Below, one piece after another: positions 1 through 10,592 of a DNA stretch of 64,000 nt. Below the pieces are notes generated by a model, which did no database searches, was not told the origin of the DNA, and saw only the letters and a program-made list of their open reading frames with translations. How positions within the stretch are numbered: position 1 is the stretch's first letter; every line of letters starts with the position of its first letter. Made by a program: the position numbers and the translations under genes. The stretch comes from an uncultured Bacteroidales bacterium (lineage in GTDB: Bacteria > Bacteroidota > Bacteroidia > Bacteroidales > VadinHA17), in the NCBI GenBank assembly GCA_963828395.1, contig CAWHED010000006.1, positions 107,316-171,315 on the forward strand, read 5' to 3'.

Positions 1-1571
1 AAAAGCAGTGACAGCCCTATGAGAGAATGTGCCAGCTTAATCTTTTTCCTGATGAAGAACCAGACAACTGCTGCTCCGGCCGCTATAAATACTGCCGATC
101 TCAGGGCATCAGTCCTTATCATTGCTTTCCGGTCAGCTATCATTGCATCCTTGAGCCAGTTTAAGGAATCAGGAATAGATGCTTCATCAGGCCTCAGGAA
201 TGAGCCGGCGAGCCCGGGCAGAAGGAAAAAAATAAGAGCCAGCCCTCCGGTCACTCCGGCGGCTATAAATAATGATTTAACGGTTTTTTCGATGGTCACT
301 GTCCCTTCCGTTATTGTTTTAAGAGCAAGCACGGCCAGGAGGGGAACACAAACACCGGCAATAACCAAGATCATGGATACAGCCCTGAATTTATCATATC
401 CCGGGAAAAAGTCGATGAACAGTGATGTCAGTGGCATGAGGTTCTTTCCCCATGAGAGGAGCAGAGAGAGCAATACAGCTGTGAGGATCCACCATTTCTC
501 CTTTCCCTTTATTATAAGCAGTCCAAGGACAAAAAGAAACAAAACCACTGCGCCAAAATATACAGGTCCGCTGGTCGATGGCTGCTGTCCCCAGTATCTG
601 TACAGCTGATCCTTCGCCTGGCCCATATTGTTTTTTCGCAGTGCCTTTACCGTCTGCGAGCCATCAGGGAATGGCGCTGTTGCTCCTCCCTTGAAATCGG
701 GGATTAGAAAAGTCATTGACTCGCCAACCCCGTAGCTCCACTGCGTGATATATTCCTTGTCAAGTCCTTTTTCCTCTTTCGCATCGTCTTTTGACAGGTC
801 GCTTTTGCCCCTGGTTGACTCTTTGCTGTACTCCCAGGTTGAATAAACGGAGGCAAAATTCACCCCCACGGCAATCACGGCTGCCACCACCAGCAATCCA
901 AAGCTTTTCAGGAAGGAGGGGAAGGCTTTCCTTTTTATGACATCGATCAACTCATAAATGCCAAAGACAATAAGAATAATAAATGTGTAATATGTTATCT
1001 GGAAGTGATTAGCCATGATCTGTAGTGACAGAAAGAGTGCGAAGAGTGCAGCGCCTTTAAAGCCGTCTGTACGGAAAGCATATATGGCACTTCCAACTAC
1101 AGGTGCCATCCATGCCATTGCATAGACCTTGGTATTATGCCCCGCTGACAGGCTGACAAAGAGAAAGGATGTAAAGCCGTATGCAATTGCACCTGCCATC
1201 GCCAGCCATGGATTGACCCTGAAAAGGAGGAGCATAATGTAAAAGCCCAGCATTGCAAGGAAAAGGACGGCCACCGGCGTTTTGTAGATTTTCAGCAGGT
1301 CATCGAGATGTTTGAAGAGATTACCGGGATATTTGGCAGAGATCATGTATGCCGGCATACCTCCGAACATAGAATTTGTCCACAATGGTTCCTTTCCGTA
1401 CTCTGCACGGAAGTCACGTATCTCTTTTGAAGAGCCTTCAAAGACCTTCGTATCATGCGCATTGATCTTCTTTCCTTCAAGAACAGGATAGAAATATGCA
1501 AATGAGACAACAGTGAAAAGAAGAACTGCAACGAGGTGCGGAACGGCTGATTTATAGAGGCTATCTTTCAT
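1..1571 (-). CDS. YfhO-like polytopic membrane protein, N-terminal ~523 aa (C-terminus lies beyond window start)
   Basis: Absent from the supplied ORF track because the window edge truncates it. My own minus-strand translation from ATG (complement of 1569-1571) stays open to base 1: MKDSLYKSAVPHLVAVLLFTVVSFAYFYPVLEGKKINAHDTKVFEGSSKEIRDFRAEYGKEPLWTNSMFGGMPAY...WFFIRKKIKLAHSLIGLSLLF. It has many hydrophobic spans, and the N-terminal region resembles YfhO-type membrane proteins of Bacteroidota. The plus-strand ORF 19..609 is its antisense shadow. Confidence 0.6.
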   Translation of the reverse strand, partial: MKDSLYKSAVPHLVAVLLFTVVSFAYFYPVLEGKKINAHDTKVFEGSSKEIRDFRAEYGKEPLWTNSMFGGMPAYMISAKYPGNLFKHLDDLLKIYKTPVAVLFLAMLGFYIMLLLFRVNPWLAMAGAIAYGFTSFLFVSLSAGHNTKVYAMAWMAPVVGSAIYAFRTDGFKGAALFALFLSLQIMANHFQITYYTFIILIVFGIYELIDVIKRKAFPSFLKSFGLLVVAAVIAVGVNFASVYSTWEYSKESTRGKSDLSKDDAKEEKGLDKEYITQWSYGVGESMTFLIPDFKGGATAPFPDGSQTVKALRKNNMGQAKDQLYRYWGQQPSTSGPVYFGAVVLFLFVLGLLIIKGKEKWWILTAVLLSLLLSWGKNLMPLTSLFIDFFPGYDKFRAVSMILVIAGVCVPLLAVLALKTITEGTVTIEKTVKSLFIAAGVTGGLALIFFLLPGLAGSFLRPDEASIPDSLNWLKDAMIADRKAMIRTDALRSAVFIAAGAAVVWFFIRKKIKLAHSLIGLSLL

Positions 1572-1685
1572 AAAACACACTTTACTGGTTCATGCCGGGT
1601 TTAGTATCACCCGACAAAAATACACCAACTGAACCTTAAATCAAATGAGTATATTATTATACATTTGCCGGTACAAGAGAGTGAG

Positions 1686-3170
1686 ATGGGAATAGTTCAG
1701 AAGCAGACGCTCCGCGGAACAGCATGGGCTTATCTTGGAGCAGGACTGGGTTTTGTCAATATTATACTGCTCTCTCCCAAAGTATTCACAACAGGTGAGA
1801 TAGGGGTGGTTCAGGTACTGCTGTCATTTGCCACAATACTCTCTCAGTTCTCAAGTCTTGGTTTCACCAATGTCATCAACAGGCTGTTTCCCTATTTCAG
1901 GGATCCGCGTGAAAAGCATAACGGTTTCTTTGCATTGTCACTGGCCATAACCCTCATAGGTTTCATAGCGGCACTGATAGTGATGAAATTCTACACCCCT
2001 CACTTTGAGGAGATCAATATGGACCGTTCGCCGCTGATCTCGGAATACTCGTTTTATATTCCCGCTCTGCTCCTGATCACGCTGCTGTTCAACCTCCTTG
2101 ACAACTACAATAAAGTATTGTATGATGCAGTGCTGGGCACATTTCTGAAGGAGTTCCTGTTCAGGGTTTTTAACTTCGCCCTTATCTGCCTGTTCTGGAT
2201 CGGGGTAATTGACTTTAACGGATATATATTCGGTTATGTGGTTTGCCAGGGAATACCTCTGGTTGTGATCGTTGTAAGCCTGATTATCAGGGGAGAAATA
2301 TCCCTTAAGTTCAAGCCGGGATTTATCACACCTGAACTGAAGAAGCAGATCCTCATGCTTTCTCTCTTTGGAATTCTGACCGGGTTCAGCTCGTCGATCC
2401 TTACCACACTCGATAAAGTATTCATCAACCGTTTTCTCGGTGAAGGGCAGGTAGGTATCTACGCGATAGCGTCATATTTTGCAGTCCTGATTATGATTCC
2501 GGGGAGATCAGTGGCTAAAATATCAATCCCTTTTCTTGCCGAGTCATGGAAAAAAGATGATTTGCATACTATTGACGACCTTTATGTTCGAAGCAGCATA
2601 AACCAGTATGCGATCGGACTGTTGATTTTTATCGGTCTCGTGGTGAATATGGACAATATATTCAGGTTGTTGCCTGCTGAATACGGGACGAGCGCTGCAG
2701 TTATTATTCTTATCAGCATCGGGAATGTGGTTAGTGTTTCCACAGGAATTAACAGTGTTGTTCTCAGCACCTCAGCGCTCTACAGGTATCAGACATGGCT
2801 GATGTTCCTTTTAATCGCCCTCTTTGTCGGCGCCAGCATTATTTTCATACCGCTCTTTGGAATTACCGGTGCAGCTTTAGCTGCAATGATCTCCAATATT
2901 ATTTATAATCTTCTTGGGGTGGTGGTTGCCGGAAGAAAATTCGGCATCTGGCCTTACAATGTAATGCACCTCCGCATGACCCTTGTCGGTCTGCTGGTAA
3001 CGTTTGCAGGATATATTATGCCTGATCTGCCACTCTGGCCCGACATTATTGTACGAAGCCTTCTGGTTATAATTCTGTTTACGACAGGGATTTACCTGTG
3101 GAAGCTTTCAGACGACATGAACAGGCTGATAGACACATCCATCACGGGAATAAAAAAGTGGCTACAGTAG
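1686..3170 (+). CDS. Wzx-like polysaccharide/oligosaccharide flippase (polysaccharide biosynthesis protein, MOP superfamily)
   Basis: ORF 1665..3170 with about 12 or more hydrophobic helices along its length, the typical flippase layout. I prefer the first ATG at 1686 (MGIVQKQTLRG) over the TTG at 1665. It sits among envelope glycan genes (YfhO-like, glycosyltransferase). Confidence 0.7.
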   Translation: MGIVQKQTLRGTAWAYLGAGLGFVNIILLSPKVFTTGEIGVVQVLLSFATILSQFSSLGFTNVINRLFPYFRDPREKHNGFFALSLAITLIGFIAALIVMKFYTPHFEEINMDRSPLISEYSFYIPALLLITLLFNLLDNYNKVLYDAVLGTFLKEFLFRVFNFALICLFWIGVIDFNGYIFGYVVCQGIPLVVIVVSLIIRGEISLKFKPGFITPELKKQILMLSLFGILTGFSSSILTTLDKVFINRFLGEGQVGIYAIASYFAVLIMIPGRSVAKISIPFLAESWKKDDLHTIDDLYVRSSINQYAIGLLIFIGLVVNMDNIFRLLPAEYGTSAAVIILISIGNVVSVSTGINSVVLSTSALYRYQTWLMFLLIALFVGASIIFIPLFGITGAALAAMISNIIYNLLGVVVAGRKFGIWPYNVMHLRMTLVGLLVTFAGYIMPDLPLWPDIIVRSLLVIILFTTGIYLWKLSDDMNRLIDTSITGIKKWLQ

Positions 3171-4449
3171 ACGAGTTAAGCAGATCGCCAAGCTTGACTG
3201 TCAGTGCCCTTCTCGAATACTCAAGATGATGCCCGCTGCGTGTTACATGACTTCCTTCGCCGACTCTCTTGATGAAGCTCCTGATGCCTTGTACATCATT
3301 ATAATCGAAAATGCCCTGGTAGCCGCATTTTACCATTAGCTGAGCTGCATCACCGTCAGCGGGTCCCAGCAGAAGAACAGGCTTCCCGGTTGCCAGGTAC
3401 TCAAAAATCTTACCGGTAAGAATTGATTTGTTTGAAGAATGGTCCGGGATGATCAGCAGCAATATTGTCGATTCCATCATATACCGGATAGCTTCGGGGT
3501 GTTCACAATACTGAATGAAATCAGGACGATTTCCCTCTTCATCCACAGGGAACAGTTCCTGTATCGGTTCAGGGACCGTACCAACAAATTTCAGACTGAC
3601 CGGTTTGTCATTCACCCTGAGGCCTTTCACAGCTTCAATCAGACCATTTACAGGATAGGCCGGTGATAGCGAGCCCACATAGGTTATTGTGAACTTATCA
3701 GGAGTAATTGGAAGAATACCTTCAAAATCCTCTTCATCATAGCCGTTCGGGAGAATATGAATCTTATGTGATATCTTTTCCCCTTTGCTTCCCAGGATTG
3801 CAGCCAGCGTCTGCCCCACGGTAATTATGGTATCCGCTTTTGTCAGGACATTCTTTTCCATTTCCCTGTCGGCCATTTTGGCCAGAAGTGAGGGTTTGAA
3901 CATGTCATAGTAATAGATATCGGTCCATGGATCCCTGAGATCGGCCACCCATTTGATATGCGGGAATTTGCGTTTCAGCTTCAGACCAATCAGCTGCGTT
4001 GAGTGCGGAGGGCTTGTTGTAATGATATGGCTGATATTTTCACTTTTTATCAGATCACAGGCCTTTCGGAAGGCATACCTGTTCCATCCTTTTCGCGGAT
4101 CAGGGATAAAAAAATTCCCCCGGATAAACCGGCTGATCATGTTTTTCCTGCCTTTGTTTGTACCTGTGGCAAAGCCCGAACCCGGTATTTTTGACTGATC
4201 CCTGTTATAAAGAGAGAAGTAATTTATCGCCCTGGTCCTGTGTATCTCCACATCCAGTGGTATCTCCCCGTAAAGCGATATGTCTTTGAAGGGATACGCT
4301 GCAAATTCAGGTTTGACGGTAAGGACGACAGGAAGCCATCCTGACGAGGGCAGGTACTTGGTAAACTTAAGCCATCTCTGTACGCCGGCGCCTCCGCTGG
4401 GAGGCCAGTAATATGTTATTATAAGTATTTTAGCCGGCTTCGACCTCAT
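3142..4449 (-). CDS. GT-B fold glycosyltransferase (GT4-like)
   Basis: 435-aa ORF. The N-terminus KILIITYYWPPSGGAGVQRW and the C-terminal KIFEYLATGKPVLLLGP region are typical of group-1 glycosyltransferases. Only a 1-nt gap separates it from the upstream glyQS stop. Confidence 0.7.
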   Translation of the reverse strand: MRSKPAKILIITYYWPPSGGAGVQRWLKFTKYLPSSGWLPVVLTVKPEFAAYPFKDISLYGEIPLDVEIHRTRAINYFSLYNRDQSKIPGSGFATGTNKGRKNMISRFIRGNFFIPDPRKGWNRYAFRKACDLIKSENISHIITTSPPHSTQLIGLKLKRKFPHIKWVADLRDPWTDIYYYDMFKPSLLAKMADREMEKNVLTKADTIITVGQTLAAILGSKGEKISHKIHILPNGYDEEDFEGILPITPDKFTITYVGSLSPAYPVNGLIEAVKGLRVNDKPVSLKFVGTVPEPIQELFPVDEEGNRPDFIQYCEHPEAIRYMMESTILLLIIPDHSSNKSILTGKIFEYLATGKPVLLLGPADGDAAQLMVKCGYQGIFDYNDVQGIRSFIKRVGEGSHVTRSGHHLEYSRRALTVKLGDLLNSSTVATFLFP

Positions 4450-4450
4450 C

Positions 4451-6001
4451 CTACAGTTTCTTCAGTTGCTCACGCAGACTGACTTTATCGGCGATAATGG
4501 CTCTCAGCTGTGAAACAGGAACCCGGTCCTGCAGCATTGTGTCACGGTACCTTATCGTCACGGTCTCGTCATCCACGGTCTGGTAGTCAATGGTTATGCA
4601 GTAGGGTGTGCCAATGGCATCCTGTCTGCGGTAACGTTTGCCAATCGAATCCTTCTCGTCATACTGGCAGTTGAAGTCGAATTTAAGTTCATCAACTATT
4701 CTGCGCGAGATCTCAGGCAGAGTGTCTTTCCTTACCAGCGGAAGCACTGCCAGCTTCACGGGAGCAAGCACTGGCGGAAGCCTGAGCACAACCCTGCTGT
4801 CAGGAACCCCGTCTTCCTTCGTGAGATCCTCCTCAAAGTAGGAGGCCGCTATTACCTGTAAAAACATTCGGTCAACACCTATTGATGTCTCTATAACGTA
4901 AGGGATGTATGATTTATTTTTCTCAGGATCAAAATATTGCATTTTCTTTCCGCTGTACTCCTGGTGTTGTTTCAGGTCGAAGTCAGTCCTGGAATGTACA
5001 CCTTCGACCTCTTTAAATCCAAATGGGAACTTATATTCTATATCAGTGGCAGCATTAGCGTAATGTGCGAGCTTATCGTGATCATGGAACCGGTAGTTCT
5101 CAGCTCCGAAGCCCAGAGCCTGGTGCCATTTCATCCTTGTCTCTTTCCAGTGCCTGAACCATTCAAGCTCTGTCCCGGGCTTCACAAAAAACTGCATCTC
5201 CATCTGTTCAAACTCCCGCATGCGGAAGATAAACTGCCTGGCAACGATCTCATTTCTGAAGGCTTTCCCTATCTGTGCAATACCGAATGGAAGTTTCATA
5301 CGGCCCGTTTTCTGAACGTTAAGGAAATTCACAAAGATGCCCTGTGCGGTTTCGGGACGCAGGAAAATCTTCATGGCACCGTCAGAGGTAGATCCGATCT
5401 CGGTTGCGAACATCAGGTTAAACTGCCGTACGTCAGTCCAGTTTTTAGTACCTGAAACCGGGCATACAATTTCATTGTCAATGATGATCTGTTTAAGGGC
5501 GGCGAGATCAGGCCCTGCCATAGCATCTACAAACCTCTTATGCAGCAGGTCGTACTTCTCTTTTATTTCAAGTACCCGCGGATTTGTTGATCTGTACAGC
5601 GGTTCATCAAACTTTTCTCCGAAACGGGCTTTAGCTTTATCAACCTCCTTGTCAATCTTCTCAGAAAATTTCTCAAGATGCTCCTCAATAAGAACATCGG
5701 CACGGTATCTTTTCTTACTGTCCTTGTTATCAATCAGCGGGTCGTTAAAAGCATCCACATGACCGGATGCTTTCCATATTGTCGGGTGCATGAATATTGC
5801 CGAATCCAGCCCTACAATATTGTCGTGCAACAAAACCATGCTGTCCCACCAGTATTTTTTGATATTGTTTTTCAGTTCAACACCATACTGCCCGTAATCA
5901 TATACGGCTCCCAGTCCGTCATAGATTTCACTTGAGGGAAAAACATACCCGTATTCCTTGCAATGAGAGACAAGTTTCTTAAAGATATCTTCGTGAGCCA
6001 T
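4451..6001 (-). CDS. glyQS: glycine--tRNA ligase (dimeric class II GlyRS)
   Basis: 516 aa. The N-terminus MAHEDIFKKLVSHCKEYGYVFPSSEIYDGLGAVYDYGQYGVELKNNIKKYWW is canonical for GlyRS. Class II motifs are present (AFRNE, ETSIGVDRMF), as is an anticodon-binding C-terminal domain. Confidence 0.95.
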   Translation of the reverse strand: MAHEDIFKKLVSHCKEYGYVFPSSEIYDGLGAVYDYGQYGVELKNNIKKYWWDSMVLLHDNIVGLDSAIFMHPTIWKASGHVDAFNDPLIDNKDSKKRYRADVLIEEHLEKFSEKIDKEVDKAKARFGEKFDEPLYRSTNPRVLEIKEKYDLLHKRFVDAMAGPDLAALKQIIIDNEIVCPVSGTKNWTDVRQFNLMFATEIGSTSDGAMKIFLRPETAQGIFVNFLNVQKTGRMKLPFGIAQIGKAFRNEIVARQFIFRMREFEQMEMQFFVKPGTELEWFRHWKETRMKWHQALGFGAENYRFHDHDKLAHYANAATDIEYKFPFGFKEVEGVHSRTDFDLKQHQEYSGKKMQYFDPEKNKSYIPYVIETSIGVDRMFLQVIAASYFEEDLTKEDGVPDSRVVLRLPPVLAPVKLAVLPLVRKDTLPEISRRIVDELKFDFNCQYDEKDSIGKRYRRQDAIGTPYCITIDYQTVDDETVTIRYRDTMLQDRVPVSQLRAIIADKVSLREQLKKL

Positions 6002-6122
6002 AATTATTTTTAGATTCTGCTTACTAATCGGGCAAAAGTAAATTAAAATCCGCTGTTTTACAATCTGCGCGATAGTCTGAAATCAATTTGTATCTTTGTT
6101 TTCCGTTCCTGAAAAAATCAAA

Positions 6123-7700
6123 ATGAAAGTCCGGTATGATTTTCTGGTTATCGGCTCAGGTATTGCCGGTTTGTCGTTTGCCCTTAAAGCTGCGCCTCAT
6201 GGCAGAGTATGTCTGATTACCAAGACTGTCCTTGATGACTGCAACACCAACTATGCCCAGGGAGGTATAGCAACAGTGATGTATGAGCCCGATAATTTTG
6301 AGAAGCACGTCAGGGATACCATGGTTGCAGGAGCCGGATATTGTAATGAGGAGGTTGTGAGGATGGTTGTCAGTGAGGCTCCCGCAAGGATAAAGGAGCT
6401 GATTGATATGGGGGTTGATTTTGACAAAAAGGCTGACGGCAGGCTGGATATGGCAATGGAGGGAGGCCATTCCGAGCACAGGATACTTCATCATAAGGAT
6501 TCAACCGGGGCTGCGATAGAAAAAGTACTGATTGAGAAAGTACGTCAGAATAAAAATATTGAGATTTTCGAAAATCATTTTGCCATTGACCTGATGACCC
6601 AGCATAACCTCGGTGAATATGTGACCAGGGAGTGGACGGATATCAGATGTTTTGGTGCTTATGTGGCTGACCTGACCAGCAGCAAGGTGAAGACAGTCTT
6701 ATCTAAAGTGACTGTCCTTGCAACGGGCGGATGCGGCAATATATATCTTACAACCACCAACCCTGAAGTGGCAACCGGCGACGGTCTAGCTATGGTGCAC
6801 AGGGCAAACGGGGTCATTGAAAACATGGAATTCATACAGTTCCATCCAACTTCCCTCTATAATCCCAACGTCAGGCCTTCCTTCCTCATAACTGAAGCTC
6901 TGAGAGGATTTGGAGGCGAGCTGCGGAACAGCGAAGGAGAGAAATTCATGCCCAGGTATCATGCACGGGGCTCTCTCGCACCTCGTGATGTGGTCGCCAG
7001 AGCGATAGACAATGAGATGAAGATAAGAGGTGATGATTTTGTTTATCTTGACTGTACTCACCTTAATGCTGAAGAGCTCAAGTCACATTTTCCGCATATA
7101 TATGAGAAATGCCTTTCGGAGAATATTGACATCACTAAACAGATGATCCCCGTGGTTCCTGCAGCACATTATTCATGCGGTGGTGTCAGGGTAGACAAGG
7201 ACGGCAGGAGCTCAATAGACCTTCTTTATGCTATCGGAGAGGTCTCATCAACCGGTCTCCACGGAGCAAACAGACTCGCATCCAATTCACTGATAGAAGC
7301 TGCGGTATATGCGCACAGGGCTGCAGAAGATGCCTGTAAACGCACAGGTGACCTGACATATGAGGAGAAAATACCCCTGTGGAACTACCATGGCACCACC
7401 AACCTTGAGGAGATGGTGCTTGTAACCCAGAACTACAAGGAGATGCAGATGATAATGAGCAACTATGTGGGCATAGTAAGATCAGACCTCCGACTGGCAA
7501 GGGCAAAGACAAGACTGGAGATCATCTACCGGGAGACGGAAGACCTCTATAAAAGGTCAACAATATCAAGAAAACTCATTGAACTTCGTAACCTTATAGC
7601 GGCTGGTTACCTGGTCATAAAAATGGCTAAGAACAGAAAGGAGAGCCTCGGCCTTCACTATTCTATTGACTATCCCGCCAGGCCTGGTTCAGAATTCTAG
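6123..7700 (+). CDS. nadB: L-aspartate oxidase
   Basis: FAD-binding fold DFLVIGSGIAGLSFAL, plus NYAQGGIA, HYSCGGVRVD and GLHGANRLASNSLIE. I chose the ATG at 6123 (MKVRYDF) over the TTG at 6096. Confidence 0.9.
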   Translation: MKVRYDFLVIGSGIAGLSFALKAAPHGRVCLITKTVLDDCNTNYAQGGIATVMYEPDNFEKHVRDTMVAGAGYCNEEVVRMVVSEAPARIKELIDMGVDFDKKADGRLDMAMEGGHSEHRILHHKDSTGAAIEKVLIEKVRQNKNIEIFENHFAIDLMTQHNLGEYVTREWTDIRCFGAYVADLTSSKVKTVLSKVTVLATGGCGNIYLTTTNPEVATGDGLAMVHRANGVIENMEFIQFHPTSLYNPNVRPSFLITEALRGFGGELRNSEGEKFMPRYHARGSLAPRDVVARAIDNEMKIRGDDFVYLDCTHLNAEELKSHFPHIYEKCLSENIDITKQMIPVVPAAHYSCGGVRVDKDGRSSIDLLYAIGEVSSTGLHGANRLASNSLIEAAVYAHRAAEDACKRTGDLTYEEKIPLWNYHGTTNLEEMVLVTQNYKEMQMIMSNYVGIVRSDLRLARAKTRLEIIYRETEDLYKRSTISRKLIELRNLIAAGYLVIKMAKNRKESLGLHYSIDYPARPGSEF

Positions 7701-7713
7701 AAATTATCGCTTT

Positions 7714-8706
7714 ATGGAAGGCAGTGACATCAATGACGTCAACAGTCTGCAAGTGCAGGAAGAAAGTGCTTTTATAACAGCACCGTTTAAAGGGAAGAAT
7801 TCATTCTGGAGATATTTCACCGGCTCTGTAACTCCTTTTATTGTATCCAACCTGATAGGAGCAATACCTCTTGCGGTGATAATGATTGCTTATGCTGGCG
7901 ATGGTGTAATGCCTCAAAGAGGAGGGATGCCCGATTTTGAAGCAATGGGTATAAATCTTAACCTGGGATTTGTTCTGACCGTGTTCCCGTTCATACTTGC
8001 CTTTTTTACATTGCTGTTGCTTATTAAACCACTTAATGGACGCAGACCTGGTACAGTCATTAACGGTGGCATCCGTATACGCTGGGGGAGGATCTTCGTT
8101 TCGGCCATTGTATGGACAGTATTGGGTGCCCTTGGTCTTTTGTATTCGTTAAGGGCGCACCCTGATAATTTCGTTCTTAACAATACTTCGAATTCACTGA
8201 TAATACTTGCCATACTGGCCCTGGTAACAATACCTTTTCAGGCAGGGTTTGAAGAGCTTATATTCAGAGGATATCTTATGCAGGGTTTTGCCGTTGCATC
8301 GCGAAACAGGTGGCTTCCCATAGTTGTGACATCGGTTCTTTTCGGACTGATGCACGGACTTAATCCGGAGGTAAAGGAATACGGCTTCCTTACAATGATA
8401 CCTCAGTATATATTCTTCGGACTTGTCTTTGCCCTCCTGACAATGATGGATGACGGGATTGAACTGGCAATCGGTGCTCATACAGCCAACAATGTGTTCC
8501 TGTCAATCTTCATTACAAACAAAGATTTGGCGTTGCAGACACCTTCCATGTATGAGCAGATAGAGATACATCCATGGATGGATTTCAGGGATCTTGTGAT
8601 AATGTCGCTGATCTTTATTACAGTAATGGCTGTTATTTACAAGTGGACGGATGTGCGCAAACTGTTTGCAAAGATACAGCTCTTAGATTCCGTAAACGCC
8701 GGTTAG
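7714..8706 (+). CDS. CPBP family intramembrane metalloprotease (CAAX protease-like)
   Basis: Multi-pass membrane protein carrying the CPBP motifs EELIFRGYL and FGLMHG, plus a later HTANN. The start is placed at ATG 7714, downstream of the nadB stop. Confidence 0.7.
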   Translation: MEGSDINDVNSLQVQEESAFITAPFKGKNSFWRYFTGSVTPFIVSNLIGAIPLAVIMIAYAGDGVMPQRGGMPDFEAMGINLNLGFVLTVFPFILAFFTLLLLIKPLNGRRPGTVINGGIRIRWGRIFVSAIVWTVLGALGLLYSLRAHPDNFVLNNTSNSLIILAILALVTIPFQAGFEELIFRGYLMQGFAVASRNRWLPIVVTSVLFGLMHGLNPEVKEYGFLTMIPQYIFFGLVFALLTMMDDGIELAIGAHTANNVFLSIFITNKDLALQTPSMYEQIEIHPWMDFRDLVIMSLIFITVMAVIYKWTDVRKLFAKIQLLDSVNAG

Positions 8707-9696
8707 GTCATCACTTCTGCAGGCGCCCCATTTCTCCCTTATCTCTTCAATTATCCCCCTTATTTCATCAATTTCAAGGGAAGTTAGTAATCTGAGACGT
8801 GTCTCTTTAAAATTGGGTAATCCCTTGAAGTAGTTCGAAAGGTGCCGTCGCATCTCAAGTATTGCCGCCTTCCCCTCTTTATGCTCCAGTGATTTGTCAA
8901 GATGAAGCAATGCAAGATCTGCTTTTTCATCAATTGTTGGTCCGGGCAGTATCTCACCGGTGTCGAGGTAATGGCGAATCTCCCTGAATATCCATGGTCT
9001 CCCGAAGGTAGCCCTGCCTATCATAATTCCATCAATGCCGTATCTGTCAAACATTATCTTTGCCACTTCAGGCCCATTCACATCGCCATTGCCAATAATC
9101 GGGATTTTCATTCTCGGGTTATTTTTAACCTCTCCGATGAGGGTCCAGTCAGCCTCGCCCCGGTACAGCTGAGCCCTGGTCCGACCGTGTATTGTCAGCC
9201 CGGCTATACCTGTGTCCTGCAGACGCTCCGCGATCTCAACGATAATCTTACTGTTTTCATCCCACCCCAGCCTTGTCTTTACAGTGACAGGAATGTTAAC
9301 AGCCTTTACAATGGCAGAGGTCATTTCAATCATCAGGGGGATGTTCTGAAGCATTCCCGCACCGGCCCCGCGGGCTGCAATTTTTCTCACCGGACATCCG
9401 AAATTCAGGTCAATGAGATCAGGCTTCGCTTCACAGGCCATTACCGCGGCATCAACCATAGATTCTATTATATGTCCGTAAAGCTGTATGCCAATAGGTC
9501 TTTCATAATCGAACAGATTGAGCTTTTTAACACTGCTCTTTCCGTCTCTGATAAGTCCGTCCGAAGAAATAAATTCGGTGAACATGAAGTCAGCACCGAA
9601 CATCTTACAGACATACCTGAACGAAGGATCAGTAATATCCTCCATTGGGGCCAGAAAGAGAGGCTGTTCTCTTAATTCAGTATTGCCAAGTTTCAA
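8683..9696 (-). CDS. dusB: tRNA-dihydrouridine synthase
   Basis: 337 aa with LFLAPMEDITDPSFRYVCKMFGADFMFTEF, NFGCPVRK and IIGNGDV, the hallmarks of the Dus FMN TIM barrel. Confidence 0.9.
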   Translation of the reverse strand: MKLGNTELREQPLFLAPMEDITDPSFRYVCKMFGADFMFTEFISSDGLIRDGKSSVKKLNLFDYERPIGIQLYGHIIESMVDAAVMACEAKPDLIDLNFGCPVRKIAARGAGAGMLQNIPLMIEMTSAIVKAVNIPVTVKTRLGWDENSKIIVEIAERLQDTGIAGLTIHGRTRAQLYRGEADWTLIGEVKNNPRMKIPIIGNGDVNGPEVAKIMFDRYGIDGIMIGRATFGRPWIFREIRHYLDTGEILPGPTIDEKADLALLHLDKSLEHKEGKAAILEMRRHLSNYFKGLPNFKETRLRLLTSLEIDEIRGIIEEIREKWGACRSDDLTGVYGI

Positions 9697-9715
9697 GGTC
9701 AGATTATGGATAACT

Positions 9716-10444
9716 CTATTCTACTTCGAACAGGGTAGGTGACAGGTTTGTCTGCGTTGTCTCACCTTTCCTGAAGACATATACCAACCCGTATTTCTCA
9801 GTGCTGGCCCTTTTTTCTTCTTCAGTCACCGATGAGAAGCTGGCCTCGATCTCGTTCCATAGAGAGGTGATCAGTTCATCAGCCTCGCGACGCAGTTCTG
9901 AAGTACGGTTGACACACTCGACAGCGCGTCTGTTTATGGTTTTATAATGGTTGCGGGTTTCCAGAAATTTCTCATACCGGGCTTTAACCACAGCAATTGA
10001 AGGATTGGTAACCGGCATATTCGCCTTCCTTATCCGGTATTCTTCTCCGTCAATAATCCTCTTTCCCCATGCAACAAGTTCGTTTTCAGTGGCAATCGAC
10101 GGTAGGGCAGCATCTGCCTGGGCGATCCCATAAAATGCCCTTGTTTCCGGCGGCAACTCGCCTCTGGCTATGGCCATATTCATAACCCTGAGAAAGTGCG
10201 TAATATATATTCTGGCTTTTCGGGCCGTCTCCTGATTTGTCTTTACCTTTTCAGCCTGATTGACGAGTGTCTGACGCTGGTGGCTGATGGCGTTCTCAAA
10301 GACAGGCAGAATGCCCTGCAGCTTAACCAGGGTCTTCATGGAGAAGGCCAGCCTGAACGGAGGAATATTCTTGCTCATGTCCAAAGCCCTTTTCATGGCC
10401 CTGAGACGTGCTGAATCAGTATTTGGCAGGCGGCGGTACGGCAT
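9716..10444 (-). CDS. hypothetical protein (soluble, helical, no recognisable motif)
   Basis: 242-aa ORF with coding-like composition, no TM segment and no competing ORF. I recognise no family. Confidence 0.55.
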   Translation of the reverse strand: MPYRRLPNTDSARLRAMKRALDMSKNIPPFRLAFSMKTLVKLQGILPVFENAISHQRQTLVNQAEKVKTNQETARKARIYITHFLRVMNMAIARGELPPETRAFYGIAQADAALPSIATENELVAWGKRIIDGEEYRIRKANMPVTNPSIAVVKARYEKFLETRNHYKTINRRAVECVNRTSELRREADELITSLWNEIEASFSSVTEEEKRASTEKYGLVYVFRKGETTQTNLSPTLFEVE

Positions 10445-10592
10445 ATATTATTTTTTGAAGTGAATAATGATGCGAATGTAAGCTATTTGTGCATCTGACA
10501 ACGCCCTTCGTACACAAAAATTGTTGATAACCTGAAAAATATCAACAGCACTTAGTAAATTCGTACAGTGAAATAATCTAAAACAAAATAAA

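Noticed and set aside
19-609. 196-aa plus-strand ORF at the window start
   Set aside because: It lies antisense to the long open minus-strand frame encoding the YfhO-like membrane protein. Its composition is low-complexity (Ala/Ser/Pro/Arg-rich) and it matches no motif.
8902-9675. Long antisense ORFs inside well-supported genes (8902-9675 in dusB, 19894-20505 in phzF, 4937-5455 and 5337-5762 in glyQS, 52836-53324 in rpsI, 38597-39085 and 39225-39587 in dxs, 49188-49625 in frr)
   Set aside because: Each lies entirely within, and opposite to, a gene with unambiguous family motifs. Their Ser/Pro/Arg-rich compositions are typical of shadow ORFs.
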